NCBI GenBank assembly: GCA_034432155.1
Contig: DAOUCP010000043.1
Location: 4,878 to 68,877, forward strand
Length of the DNA: 64,000 nt
Reading direction: 5' to 3'
Source of the DNA: Anaerolineae bacterium
Lineage (GTDB): Bacteria; Chloroflexota; Anaerolineae; Epilineales; Epilineaceae
The notes beneath the pieces were generated by a model. The model had not been told where the DNA came from. It worked only from the letters and a program-made list of their open reading frames with translations, and ran no database searches. Below are positions 15,830 through 25,600 of the stretch, in pieces (position 1 is the stretch's first letter; every line of letters starts with the position of its first letter). A program made the translations under genes and the position numbers.

Positions 15830-17482
15830 CTACTCGGACATGGGGATGCGCAGCCCGTGGCGCTTCGCCATCTCGATGGCTTCGGCGTAGCCGGCATCGG
15901 CATGACGCAGCACGCCGATCGCCGGATCATTGGTGAGTACGCGCTCCAGACGGCGGGCTGCCGCCGGCGAGCCATCGGCGACGATGACCTGCCCGGCATG
16001 TTGTGAGTACCCGATGCCCACGCCGCCGCCATGGTGGAAGCTCACCCACGTCGCACCGCTGGCGACGTTCAACATCAGGTTCAGGAGTGGCCAGTCGCTG
16101 ACGGCGTCACTTCCGTCAAGCATGCCCTCGGTCTCACGCCGGGGGCTGGCCACCGAGCCGGTGTCCAGGTGGTCGCGGCCGATGACGATCGGTGCCTGGA
16201 GTTGCCCACGGGCGACAGCTTCGTTGAATGCCAGGCCGGCAGCGCGCCGCTCGCCCATGCCCAGCCAGCAAATCCGAGCCGGAAGGCCCTGGAACGCCAC
16301 GCGCTCTCGCGCCATGGCCAGCCAGCGGCGCAAGGGCTCGTCCTCGGGGAACAGGTCGGCGATGATGCGATCGGTGGTGTGAATGTCGCTTGCCTCCCCC
16401 GACAGCGCCACCCAACGGAAGGGGCCCTTGCCGCGACAGAATAGCGGCCGGATGAATGCCGGCACAAAGCCGGGGAACGAGAAGGCGTCGCGGACACCTG
16501 CATCGAAGGCGCGCTGCCGAATGTTGTTCCCGTAGTCGAAGGTCACGGCCCCCTTGGCTTGCAGGCGCAGCATGGCCTCGACGTGCTGGGCCATGCTGGC
16601 CATCGATCGGCGGCGATACTCGGTTGGGTCGCGCTGTCGGAGCTCGGCCGCTGCCTCGACCGAAAGACCTTGGGGAACGTACGAGAGCACGTCGTGGGCA
16701 GGCGTCTGGTCGGTGAGAACCTCGGGGGTCAGCCCGGCTTCCAGAATTCGCCACAGCACCTCGCTGGCATTGCCGAGGATCCCAATCGAGCGGGCTTCGC
16801 CATGCGCTTTCGCCCGGTCGGCCATGCGGAGCGCCTCCTGGACGTCGGCCGTCCAGGTGTCTAGGTAGCGGGTCGCCAGACGCCGCTCGATGCGCTTGGG
16901 GTCAACCTCGACGACGAGAGCCACGCCCTCGTTCATGGTGATGGCCAGCGGCTGCGCACCCCCCATGCCGCCCAGTCCTGCCGACAGGGTGATGGTGCCC
17001 TTGAGACTGCCGCCAAAGTGCTGCCGAGCGCATTCGGCCAAGGTCTCGTACGTGCCCTGGAGAATGCCTTGCGTGCCTATGTAGATCCACGAGCCGGCAG
17101 TCATCTGGCCATACATCATGAGTCCCTTGGCCGCCAGATCGTCGAAGTGTTCCTGGGTAGCCCAGTGCGGAACTAAATTGCTGTTGGCGATCATCACCCG
17201 GGGTGCGTCGCTGTGAGTCGTGAGGATGCCGACGGGCTTCCCCGACTGCACCAGAAGTGTCTCATCGTCGCCCAGCCGGCGGAGTGCGTCCACGATGGCG
17301 TCGAAGGCAGCCCACGAGCGGGCTGCCTGGCCGCGGCCGCCGTACACGATCAGCTGCTCCGGGAGCTCGGCGACCTCCGGATCCAGATTGTTCATGAGCA
17401 TCCGCAGCGCGGCTTCCTGGAGCCAGCCGCGGCACTGGATGGTAGTGCCCCGCGGGGCGCGAACGACGCGTGGTTCAGACAC
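15830..17482 (-). CDS. hutU: Urocanate hydratase
   Basis: 550 aa with the full-length urocanase pattern. GTG start, with GAGGAGGG 6 nt upstream. Confidence 0.9.
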   Translation of the reverse strand: MSEPRVVRAPRGTTIQCRGWLQEAALRMLMNNLDPEVAELPEQLIVYGGRGQAARSWAAFDAIVDALRRLGDDETLLVQSGKPVGILTTHSDAPRVMIANSNLVPHWATQEHFDDLAAKGLMMYGQMTAGSWIYIGTQGILQGTYETLAECARQHFGGSLKGTITLSAGLGGMGGAQPLAITMNEGVALVVEVDPKRIERRLATRYLDTWTADVQEALRMADRAKAHGEARSIGILGNASEVLWRILEAGLTPEVLTDQTPAHDVLSYVPQGLSVEAAAELRQRDPTEYRRRSMASMAQHVEAMLRLQAKGAVTFDYGNNIRQRAFDAGVRDAFSFPGFVPAFIRPLFCRGKGPFRWVALSGEASDIHTTDRIIADLFPEDEPLRRWLAMARERVAFQGLPARICWLGMGERRAAGLAFNEAVARGQLQAPIVIGRDHLDTGSVASPRRETEGMLDGSDAVSDWPLLNLMLNVASGATWVSFHHGGGVGIGYSQHAGQVIVADGSPAAARRLERVLTNDPAIGVLRHADAGYAEAIEMAKRHGLRIPMSE

Positions 17483-17659
17483 CGAACCCTCCTCGAACGA
17501 TGCACGGCTGCGCCTGGTGCTGGCAACACCGTGTGTTCCACTTTGGCGGTGCGGCCTCCCCCCGCCAGTCTTCGGTCGGCCAGATATGGTAGGCGTCTAC
17601 CTCGGCGCCGACAATTGGACGAGGCCGGCGGGCCTGCACCATCGCCGCCGCCCATCTGC

Positions 17660-17855
17660 AGCGCCAGGGCGCGCCATCGCGGCGCAGGCGCACGGGCACC
17701 GTGGCACCACCATCGCACGGGCACCATCGCATCGCAGGCGCACCGGCATCGTCGCACCGCCAGGGCTCCGCCATCGCGCCGCAGGCGGGACCTCTACGCC
17801 GTGCCCACCGGTAGCGGGGAGACTGGCTCCGCCATCGCGCCGCAGGCGGGACCCC
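17660..17855. repeat. GC-rich degenerate tandem repeat family (CCATCGCNNCGCAGGCG...; two perfect 29-nt copies GGCTCCGCCATCGCGCCGCAGGCGGGACC at ~17765 and ~17825)
   Basis: About six related units lie between the divergent hutU start and the riboswitch promoter. They end just upstream of the -35 at ~17861. Confidence 0.5.
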
Positions 17856-17860
17856 CTCGG

Positions 17861-17894
17861 CCCTTGCCGTAGCGAGTCGCTGCCTGGTACAATG
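17861..17894 (+). promoter_or_regulatory. Promoter TTGCCG-18-TACAAT(GGCG) driving the cobalamin riboswitch leader
   Basis: Reads cccTTGCCGtagcgagtcgctgcctggTACAATGGCGatcc. The -10 shares the TA[CG]AATGG(G)CG pattern seen at three other genes in the window. Confidence 0.45.
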
Positions 17895-17899
17895 GCGAT

Positions 17900-18090
17900 C
17901 CAGAGCAAGTTGCCGTCCCAGGTGCCCCAAGCCCGGATGCGCGGGGCCGAAGGGGGAAGCCGGTTCGAGTCCGGCGCTGGCCCGCAACGGTAGTGCAGCC
18001 GCCCCGGCGCGCTGCAGAGCCCGGACACCCGCCTGCGGACGTTGGTCCGATGAACCCCCGTGGAGCGGGGCTTCGAGGGCGATGTCGCTG
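17900..18090 (+). promoter_or_regulatory. Cobalamin (B12) riboswitch aptamer
   Basis: The core GAAGGGGGAAGCCGGTTCGAGTCCGGCGCTGGCCCGCAACGGTAGTG matches the cobalamin riboswitch consensus (AAGGGAA..GGTG.GAATCC...GCTG..CGC.ACTGT) and the E. coli btuB leader pattern. It lies in a 5' UTR upstream of an ECF-type transporter operon. Confidence 0.75.
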
Positions 18091-18130
18091 CGCACCCCGG
18101 CCCTTCCGCGGCCGGGGTGTCGTTTTCCTG
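18091..18130 (+). terminator. Intrinsic terminator / attenuator of riboswitch expression platform (CCCCGGCCcttccgcGGCCGGGG + TGTCGTTTTCC)
   Basis: A GC stem followed by a T-run lies immediately before the RBS GGGAGG and the start codon at ~18141. Confidence 0.6.
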
Positions 18131-18140
18131 GGGAGGAACC

Positions 18141-18992
18141 ATGTTGACGAAAGGCGATGCGGTGGCTCGGCGTCTGACGGAGGGTGCCCGCCACGCAGTT
18201 CCCGGCTCGTCAGGAACTCGAGCGGCCGACGGGAGACGCGGCGGCGCTGCACATCTGGTGGCCGATGCTTGGCCGACGACCAGCGGCTCGGCGGTCGGCG
18301 AGGCCCGTGCAGCACGCAAGCGACTGGCCTTGGCCGTCGTCCTGGCGCTTGGCCTGCTGGGATCTTTGGTGGCCGCGGGTGGGTGGGAGCTCGCATGGGC
18401 GGACGGAACGGGCACGGCCTCGCCCCGCGAGGCGCGAGCCGGTCTGGTGGTTCGGTTCGAGGACGGTAGCTTGGTGGAACGCTGCGTCGTGCTCGATGCG
18501 CCTGAGCGGAGTGGGGCCGATCTGTTGACCCTGGCGCAGCTGGATCCGGTGTTCGAACATGGCTCGCTGGGCACCAGTGTATGCGCCATTGCTGGTCGGG
18601 GCTGCCAGTACCCGGCCGAGCCATGCTGGTGCCGCTGCCAGCAGCCCGACACGGACTGCCAGTACTGGGCCTACTTCGTTCTTGAGGCTGGCCAATGGAA
18701 ATACGCCACAACCGGGGCGGGCGACCGCATCGTTCGCGATGGTGATGTGGACGGCTGGGCCTGGACGGGTGGCGGCGCGACGCCGGCCATGGAGCCGTTG
18801 CCCGCAAGGACGTTCGCCGAGCTATGTGGTTCCCAGATACCCGCACCCTTAGCCGGGCGGCAAGGCTTTGCCCCAGCCGGTCGCTCCATTCGCGCCGTCG
18901 GGATCGGCGTGGCCCTGCTGGCCGTTGCCGGTGCCGCAGTCCTCGGCCGCCGCCAAGCCGCGCGCCGTCGACGGCGGCGACCAACGTCCTAG
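18141..18992 (+). CDS. Membrane-anchored Cys-rich DUF4430-like protein (putative surface cobalamin-binding protein)
   Basis: Start ATG after GGGAGG. N-terminal TM, and a C-terminal TM with an Arg-rich tail. YWAYFVLEAGQWKYATTGAGDRIVRDGDVDGWAW matches the W.Y.vN....g......dGD.i.W DUF4430 signature. First gene after the B12 riboswitch. Confidence 0.5.
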   Translation: MLTKGDAVARRLTEGARHAVPGSSGTRAADGRRGGAAHLVADAWPTTSGSAVGEARAARKRLALAVVLALGLLGSLVAAGGWELAWADGTGTASPREARAGLVVRFEDGSLVERCVVLDAPERSGADLLTLAQLDPVFEHGSLGTSVCAIAGRGCQYPAEPCWCRCQQPDTDCQYWAYFVLEAGQWKYATTGAGDRIVRDGDVDGWAWTGGGATPAMEPLPARTFAELCGSQIPAPLAGRQGFAPAGRSIRAVGIGVALLAVAGAAVLGRRQAARRRRRRPTS

Positions 18993-19002
18993 ACGTCTCG
19001 AG

Positions 19003-21168
19003 ATGGCCACCGAGCGAGCGACCTCTTGGCGGGCCAATCTGCCGCCTGTCGCGGCTCACGATGGGCCGCAGCGGTGGGGCGTCGCCACGTGGACCGGCGC
19101 CAGGCGTATGGCCGTCCACGCCATGAGCTTGCTCGCGCGCGGCCGCTGGCTGGAGCGGTTGTTCAGCGTCGCCTTCTATGCTGTCGCTTGCCTACTGGCA
19201 GGGGCGGCTTTCGCCGCCCCGTTGGTGATGCCCTCGCGCATTGCTGGCAGCGCCTGGCTCGGTCCGGGCGGTGCTTCTGGACTGCTCACTCTGGTCGTGT
19301 GCTGGAGCCTGGCGGCCCTACTGTTCGAGGCGGGCTCGACGCGGCTGGGACTCCGGGCCATCGCTGCCCTCGGCGTGCTGGTTGCCACCAACAGCTTGCT
19401 GCGCTTCGCCGAGACGGTGCTGCCAGGACCTGGTGGCTTCAGCCCCATCTTCGCTCTGATCCTGCTGGCCGGCTATGCCTATGGCATGCGCTTCGGGTTC
19501 CTCATGGGGGCCCTGACGATGCTCGTGTCTGCCTTGGTGACCGGCGGCGTGGGGCCCTGGTTGCCCTACCAGATGCTGGCGGCTGGTTGGGTCGGCCTGT
19601 CGGCTGGGCTCGTGCCTCGACGAGGGACTGGGCACCGTTGGCGCCCGGAAGCGCGCGAAGTCGCGGTTCTTGCCGCGTTAGGCGCCCTCTGGGGCTTCGG
19701 CTATGGCCTGATCATGACGCTCTGGTTCTGGCCATTCTTGGAGGGCGCCTCTGGCCGGGTACTCCCCGCGAGTGCGCCGTCGTTCGGTCGGTTCGCAGCC
19801 TTCTACGTGGCGAGCTCTCTCACCTGGGATGCGTTCGCCGCCGCCGGGAATGTCCTGCTCATCGGCGTCTTGGGAGCGCCCGTGCTGGCCGTGTTGCGCC
19901 GCTTTGGGCGGCGCTTTGCATTCGCTTCTGCGCCATCGCCCGCGCGCACCTCCGACCCGGTCCGGCGCGAAGTCGAGGCCACTGCCGGGTTCATGGCGGG
20001 GCCCTGTGGCGGGGAGCGAGAAGCCGCCGAGCTTGCCGAAGAGAGGCTTCTCGCCCAGCTCGACGGATCGATGGCCGGGCAGATTCAGCCGCGGGCGTGG
20101 CTCAGTTGCCTGGCGGCAGTGGCAGCTCTGGTGTCAGTTTCACGACATCCGCTGCTCCTCTTGGCGGCAGCGGCTAGTGTGTGGGTCTTGCGGCACCAGC
20201 TCGGCCCTCGGGACTCGGCTTCGCACCGGCTGGTGGCGATCGCCGGCCTGGCGCTGGCGTTGCCAACGCTGTACAACGGGCTTGTATCCCACGCTGGCCA
20301 GACCATCGTGGCTCGCCTGCCGGCCGCCTGGCCGCTCGTTGGTGGCCCGATTACGCTCGAGGCCCTTGTCTTCGGCCTGCTTTCTGGGCTGTCACTCTGG
20401 ACGCTGCTGCTGGCTTTCGCGACGCTGCTGGCAGCGATGCCGCAACGAGAGCTGGTGCGTCTGCTGCCGCGCGGCTTTGGCGGCGTGACACTGGCAGTGG
20501 CCGTCGCCCTTGGCTACGTGCCGCTCGTCCGGCGCCAGGCGCAGGCCGTCCGGGAAGCGCAGGCGGTGCGCGGCTATGAGCTGCGTGGCGTGCGGGACTG
20601 GCCACCGCTCATGATCCCGCTTCTGGTGGGCGCACTGGAGAGTGGCATGACGATGGCCGAGTCACTCGCGGCCCGGGGGGCTCTCCGGCCGTTGCGGGTG
20701 GCGGGGCACCATCGGCTGTTGATACTGGTGGGCCTGGTATTGGTGCTTGCAGGCCTGCTTAGTCCCTGGCCGGCAGCGGTAGCCGATCCTGTTGCCCCGG
20801 CGGCCACGTTGCTAGGCGTTGGCCTGATGACCGGGGTGCTGGTGGCGCTGGGGCGCAGCAGGCCAAGGACAGCTCTGAGGCCTGGCGGCTGGCGATGGTG
20901 TGATCGCCTGGTGGCAGGCGCTCCCTGGCTGCCGCTCATCGTGGCTTTCTTGCACCCCTCCGGCCGGGCAGCGCTCCGCTATACGCCCTATCCGGTCCTG
21001 GCGTGGCCGACGCTTCCGGTAGCGGTGTTGGCTTCCCTGATCGGTCTCGTGGCGCCAGTACTCGTGCTGGGCCTCTTGGGTCGTCGGTCCAGGTGCGGTT
21101 CGCGGGACGGAGGCCCGGCCTTCGTGAGCCGGAGGGGCGAGCCGTTGGCGGATGGAAGAGCGATGTGA
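19003..21168 (+). CDS. ECF transporter membrane protein: N-terminal S-component-like domain fused to EcfT/CbiQ-like transmembrane domain
   Basis: 721 aa. The C-terminal half carries the EcfT coupling-helix signature (...GMTMAESLAARGA...). The N-terminal half has ~6 TM segments. The start ATG at 19003 was chosen so as not to overlap the upstream gene. Confidence 0.6.
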   Translation: MATERATSWRANLPPVAAHDGPQRWGVATWTGARRMAVHAMSLLARGRWLERLFSVAFYAVACLLAGAAFAAPLVMPSRIAGSAWLGPGGASGLLTLVVCWSLAALLFEAGSTRLGLRAIAALGVLVATNSLLRFAETVLPGPGGFSPIFALILLAGYAYGMRFGFLMGALTMLVSALVTGGVGPWLPYQMLAAGWVGLSAGLVPRRGTGHRWRPEAREVAVLAALGALWGFGYGLIMTLWFWPFLEGASGRVLPASAPSFGRFAAFYVASSLTWDAFAAAGNVLLIGVLGAPVLAVLRRFGRRFAFASAPSPARTSDPVRREVEATAGFMAGPCGGEREAAELAEERLLAQLDGSMAGQIQPRAWLSCLAAVAALVSVSRHPLLLLAAAASVWVLRHQLGPRDSASHRLVAIAGLALALPTLYNGLVSHAGQTIVARLPAAWPLVGGPITLEALVFGLLSGLSLWTLLLAFATLLAAMPQRELVRLLPRGFGGVTLAVAVALGYVPLVRRQAQAVREAQAVRGYELRGVRDWPPLMIPLLVGALESGMTMAESLAARGALRPLRVAGHHRLLILVGLVLVLAGLLSPWPAAVADPVAPAATLLGVGLMTGVLVALGRSRPRTALRPGGWRWCDRLVAGAPWLPLIVAFLHPSGRAALRYTPYPVLAWPTLPVAVLASLIGLVAPVLVLGLLGRRSRCGSRDGGPAFVSRRGEPLADGRAM

Positions 21169-22580
21169 TCCGCCTCGCCGCCTACACGTTCACCTATCCT
21201 GACATGCCACGGCCGGCGCTCGAGGGCGTGAGCGCTCGGCTGCCTACGGGCGCAACGGTGCTGGCCAGCGGTCCCAGTGGCTGTGGCAAATCCACCCTCC
21301 TGCGGGCCCTCAACGGACTTGTGCCCCACTTCACGGGTGGCCAGGTCAAAGGTCGGCTGCTGGTCGCGGGGATCGATCCCCTGGCTGCTGGCCCGGCCAT
21401 CATGAGTGACATCGTTGGCTACGTGGCCAACGATCCGGAGGCCTGCACGGTGACCGACAGTGTGGCGGACGAGGTGGCTTTCGCCCTTGAGGAACGTGGC
21501 ACGTCACCGCGCCACATTCGGCGCCGGGTCGCCAGCGCCCTGGAGGCGGCGGGCCTGCTGCCTCTGGCCGGGCGTCGCATCGATACGCTGTCGGGCGGGG
21601 AGCGACAGCGCACCGTCATTGCTGCCGCCCTGGCGCTGGCTCCCCAGGTCCTGGTGCTGGATGAGCCGACTTCGCAGCTGGACGATGCCGCCGCCGACGA
21701 AGTCCTGGCCGCGGTGTCCGATCTGGCAAGCCGCGGCGGTCTGACGGTGGTGCTCAGCGAACATCGTCGCCGGCGAATCCTCCCCTATGTCACCCACGAG
21801 CTCCGCTTCGGTGCACCAGGCGAACCGCCGACGTTGCGAACCCCGGTGCCGACCGACGGCCTCGGCGAGCGGCCGGTGACACGTCGCCCTACCGCTCCGG
21901 GCGCCGTGGTGCTTCGGCTTGACGGCCTGCGCTTCTCCTATGGCCCCTACCCCGTGCTCGCGGATGTGAGCTGCGAGGTCCGGGCTGGGGAGATTGTTGC
22001 TCTGACCGGCCCGAGCGGCAGTGGCAAGACGACGCTCCTACGCCTGATCGCCGGCCTGTTGCGGCCGCAGGGCGGGCGTAGGGAGGTGGTCGAGCAGCCA
22101 TCCTCCGACCGTTGCTCGGCCATGAGCCGGCGTCCGATTGGTTATCTGCCGCAAGATCCAGGCGCTCTCCTGTTCGCCGAAACGGTGTACGACGAGGTGG
22201 CAGCATTGCCCATTGGGACTGGCGGCGGCAGGCGTGCCTCGCGCCGGGTGTGGGCTCTCCTGCATGCTCTGGGGCTGGCCGAAGTAGCCGATCGCTATCC
22301 GCGGGACCTGTCCACCGGTCAACGACAGCGGGTGGCGCTGGCCGCGATTGCCATCGCTGAGCCACAGCTGCTGCTGCTCGACGAGCCAACGCGCGGCCTC
22401 GATGACGAGGCCATCTTCGCTCTCGGCCAGCTCCTGGACCGTCTCGCCGCTGACGGCGCAGCCATTCTGGTCGCTACGCACGATCGGCGGTTGAGTCGCT
22501 GGGCGGACCGGCGTCTCGAACTCGTCAACGTCGATGCCACCTCGGGCGCTCGCACGCAGGCCGCGGCCGTTCCAGCCTAG
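21165..22580 (+). CDS. ECF transporter ATPase, fused tandem ABC domains (EcfA-EcfA' / CbiO-like)
   Basis: Two Walker A motifs (GPSGCGKST, GPSGSGKTT) and two ABC signatures (LSGGERQR, LSTGQRQR). The GTG start overlaps the upstream TGA (GTGA). Confidence 0.85.
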   Translation: MIRLAAYTFTYPDMPRPALEGVSARLPTGATVLASGPSGCGKSTLLRALNGLVPHFTGGQVKGRLLVAGIDPLAAGPAIMSDIVGYVANDPEACTVTDSVADEVAFALEERGTSPRHIRRRVASALEAAGLLPLAGRRIDTLSGGERQRTVIAAALALAPQVLVLDEPTSQLDDAAADEVLAAVSDLASRGGLTVVLSEHRRRRILPYVTHELRFGAPGEPPTLRTPVPTDGLGERPVTRRPTAPGAVVLRLDGLRFSYGPYPVLADVSCEVRAGEIVALTGPSGSGKTTLLRLIAGLLRPQGGRREVVEQPSSDRCSAMSRRPIGYLPQDPGALLFAETVYDEVAALPIGTGGGRRASRRVWALLHALGLAEVADRYPRDLSTGQRQRVALAAIAIAEPQLLLLDEPTRGLDDEAIFALGQLLDRLAADGAAILVATHDRRLSRWADRRLELVNVDATSGARTQAAAVPA

Positions 22581-22595
22581 CCAGACTTCTCTCTA

Positions 22596-22611
22596 GCCCG
22601 CCAACGGGCGT
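22596..22611. terminator. Weak hairpin GCCCG-CCAA-CGGGC + GTTGTTGTCC between convergent ECF ATPase and subtilase genes
   Basis: The stem is short (5 bp). Confidence 0.25.
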
Positions 22612-22630
22612 TGTTGTCCAGCCCCGGCGC

Positions 22631-25600
22631 CTAGGGTGTCGGAGTGCCCGGCTCGGCTGGCTCCGTGGCTGACGGTTCTGCCGGCGCTGGCGCGAAGTCG
22701 TAGTTCTGCGCTGCCAGCGGCAGATAGAGTGCGATCCGACCGAAGGGCAGGACCTGAACGCTCTCGGAACGGAGGTTGTAAGGGTAGTGGACGAGGAGCG
22801 CCAGGGGCGGCTTCTCGAGCTCGTCCATGCGGTTGGGACAGCCGACCACCGTCACCGCTGCCGAGCCACCGGCGTCGAGGGGCAGCAGCTCCGGGAGGCC
22901 CGGAACCGGCGAGCCGCTCTCGTCCAGAATGCGGACGCAGTCCACCAGCTCCTGATCGAAGAGGTAGGCAGCGCCCTCGTGTGGTCCGCGCTCGAGGCCG
23001 GCAGGCACGTTGTCCGGAGCGTTGTCATAACCCAGATAGGTCTCTGTCTCCTCGAAGTCGCCGGTGGCGTCCCAAATGGTGATGCCGAATCCGAATTGCG
23101 CCTTGCCACCGTCCATGTCCAGGCCCAGACCGAACTCGGGATGGTTCGCCATGAACCGGAGAACGGCCACATTCTCCGAGATGTCGAACGGCTCGAAGAA
23201 GGTGAAGAATGAGCCATCCGATCGAACGGCCGAGGCCGCATTGGGCTCCAGCGTGCCCGGGAGCATGGTGCCCAACAGCGTGCCCCAACGATTACCACTC
23301 AGACGCACATTCCAGCCGACCTTGTCCCATTTCCCATCCAAGTCCAAGTCGAAGTAAACCCGGATCTGGGTGTCGTATGGGATGCGCCGGGTCCCGGTGG
23401 TGCGCATGGCGAACTCCAGGATGTCAAGGGTGACTGTTGGGTGTGTGGTGTCCGTGATGCCCGAGCTGAACCACCGCACGCCAACATCGGTGATGTTGAG
23501 CTTGTCTGGATAGGCAGGCTCGGCCGGATCGGTGCCGATCCGCAGGTAGGTGGCCTGGCCGCCTGCCTGCAAACACGGATTCGCGAAAGCGATCCGCGCA
23601 GGACCACCGCGCAGATCGATCGGCCCTGCCGTGCCAGCGCGCACGCAACTTGCCCGATGAGGCAGCGTGTGGAATGGCACCCTTGGGGCGTCGCCCTCGG
23701 CCACGGGGGCGCCCCTCTCGTCCACTTCGGTGGCTACGACGAAGCCGTTCACCTCGGCGGCGGCGAATGCGCCTGGGTTCGCCATGGCGTTCGCCCGATT
23801 CTCATCGGGCAATGTCCACGCCCCCAGCGCTGCCGGATCGGCCGTCAACTGGACCTCGACGCTCGCCGTGGCCTTCGCGGCCACGGTGATGGTCGGCGGA
23901 TGGCAGGACAGCACGATGCCCTGGTTTTCCGTCTCGGGGTAGAGGAACGAGGCGCTGAGCGCGTACGTCTTGGGCTGGTCACTCAAGTTTCGAATCGTTA
24001 GCTGCCGGGACTGGCTGGTGGGCTGACGTGCGGCGAAGACGTCGCCGAAGCCGATCTCGGCGAGCCCGCGATCGGAACGAAGAAGCGTCCCGGCTCGCGC
24101 ACTGGCCAAAGCATCGACCAACCCGGCGCCCTGGCGCGTGATGCTGACGACGCGGGCGGGATCGCTTGTCTCAGGAAGGATGACCGGCCTGGCGTAGTTG
24201 ATCGCCAACGCCCCGATGTCGGCCGCCGTCAGGCCGAGTTGCTGGCGCTGGTTGCGCTCCCACAAGAGGGCGGCCACACCGGCCACATGCGGGCTCGCCA
24301 TCGAGGTGCCACTGTTGGACATCGCGCCAAAGCCGGTGCCAGCGTACACCGAAAGGATGTTGGTCCCGGGCGCGGTGATCTGCGGCTTCACGCTCCCGCT
24401 GAAACGGCCGGGACCACGGCTGCTGCCGGCGTTGATGTTGTTCGTGAGCTCCGGCCGCTCGTAGACCTCGAAGGTAGCCAGCACCTCTCGGCCGGCCAGC
24501 AGCTCGGCCTGGATCTTCTCGCCGTCGCCCTTGCTGATCATCACACCGGCCAGATCCGTGCAAGGCCACTTCGGCCAGCAAGTCCCGGTCATGCCCGAGG
24601 GGGCGCGATCGTCGCTGAAGACGACCACGGCCCGGGCTCCGAAGGCCGCCGCGCTGGCGAACTTCTCGGCGAAGGTGCACGTGCCGCGTTGCACCAGAGC
24701 AACTTTGCCGGATACATCCTGGATGGGTGGCACGGGCTTGCCCTCGGCGTCGGGGCAGGCCAAGCCATACCAGGCCATGGGCACCCTAGTGATCGGCGGC
24801 AAGTGGTCGAATGTGGGACCCAGAAGCTCGTTCGAGGTGTAGGCAACGACCGAGATCTCGTCTCCAGGCCAGGCTGCTCCAAAGAGCACGCCTGTCTCGC
24901 CGCTGGCATACGAGTTGGCGACGCTGAGGCCCATCTCGGCTGCACCCGGCGAGCTCACGATGTACGGCACGTCGCCACTGTTCCCGGCCGAGAACATGGC
25001 AACGACGCCGCTGTCGACAATCCGACCGATCACCTGGTTGTACAGTTCCATGCCGCCACCCCAAGCACCGCCAACACTCATATTCAGCACGTGGATCGGC
25101 AGGCGATTTCCCTCGGCATCGGTCGCCGGCACACCCTCGACTTCCAGTCCCAAGTTGTGCTTGAGCAGCCAGTCGAGGCCGTCGTAGCTGAGTCGCGTGG
25201 AGGGCTGGAAGTTGGCGATACCGATGGGATTGCCGAAGATCTTGATCGCCACGAGCTTGGCATCGGGTGCTACGCCAACTGGGCTGCCGAGCGCGCCTCC
25301 GGGCGTCATCGAGCCAGCCCCCGCGGCGATGCCGGCCACGTGGCTACCATGTCCTTGCCCCGCCGAGCCGTTGACGGCTATCTGATCGAGAGGATCATCA
25401 TCGGGCTCGGGCACCGTTGTGCAGCGGGCGCCTTCGGGCAGTTGCGCCGGGCAATTGGGCGCGTAGTAGGGTCCGGCCAGATCGACGCCACCGATCACTT
25501 TGGCAGTCGGGAACGAGCCCGGTTCGATCTGGTTTGGGTCGTTGGCGGCGTATGCCTCGGGGGTACCCGGCCCGCCCAGGCTGGCATGCATGTAGTCGAC

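Noticed and set aside
14473-16032. Many long ORFs in the track (e.g. 14473..16032-, 17794..19119-, 3365..4540+, 6977..8143+, 24239..25963+, 31559..33292+, 33512..35113+, 45355..46905-, 40815..41840-, 10879..11871-, 36731..37675+) antisense to or overlapping confidently identified genes
   Set aside because: At ~70% GC, stop codons are rare in all frames. These products are Arg/Ala/Pro-rich low-complexity translations with no domain signatures. Each overlaps a gene with clear family motifs on the other strand or frame.
17955-17990. tRNA-like T-arm GCCGG-TTCGAGT-CCGGC
   Set aside because: No matching acceptor stem ~70 nt upstream and no CCA/discriminator context. The segment is the conserved GGTGCGAATCC-like core of the cobalamin riboswitch.
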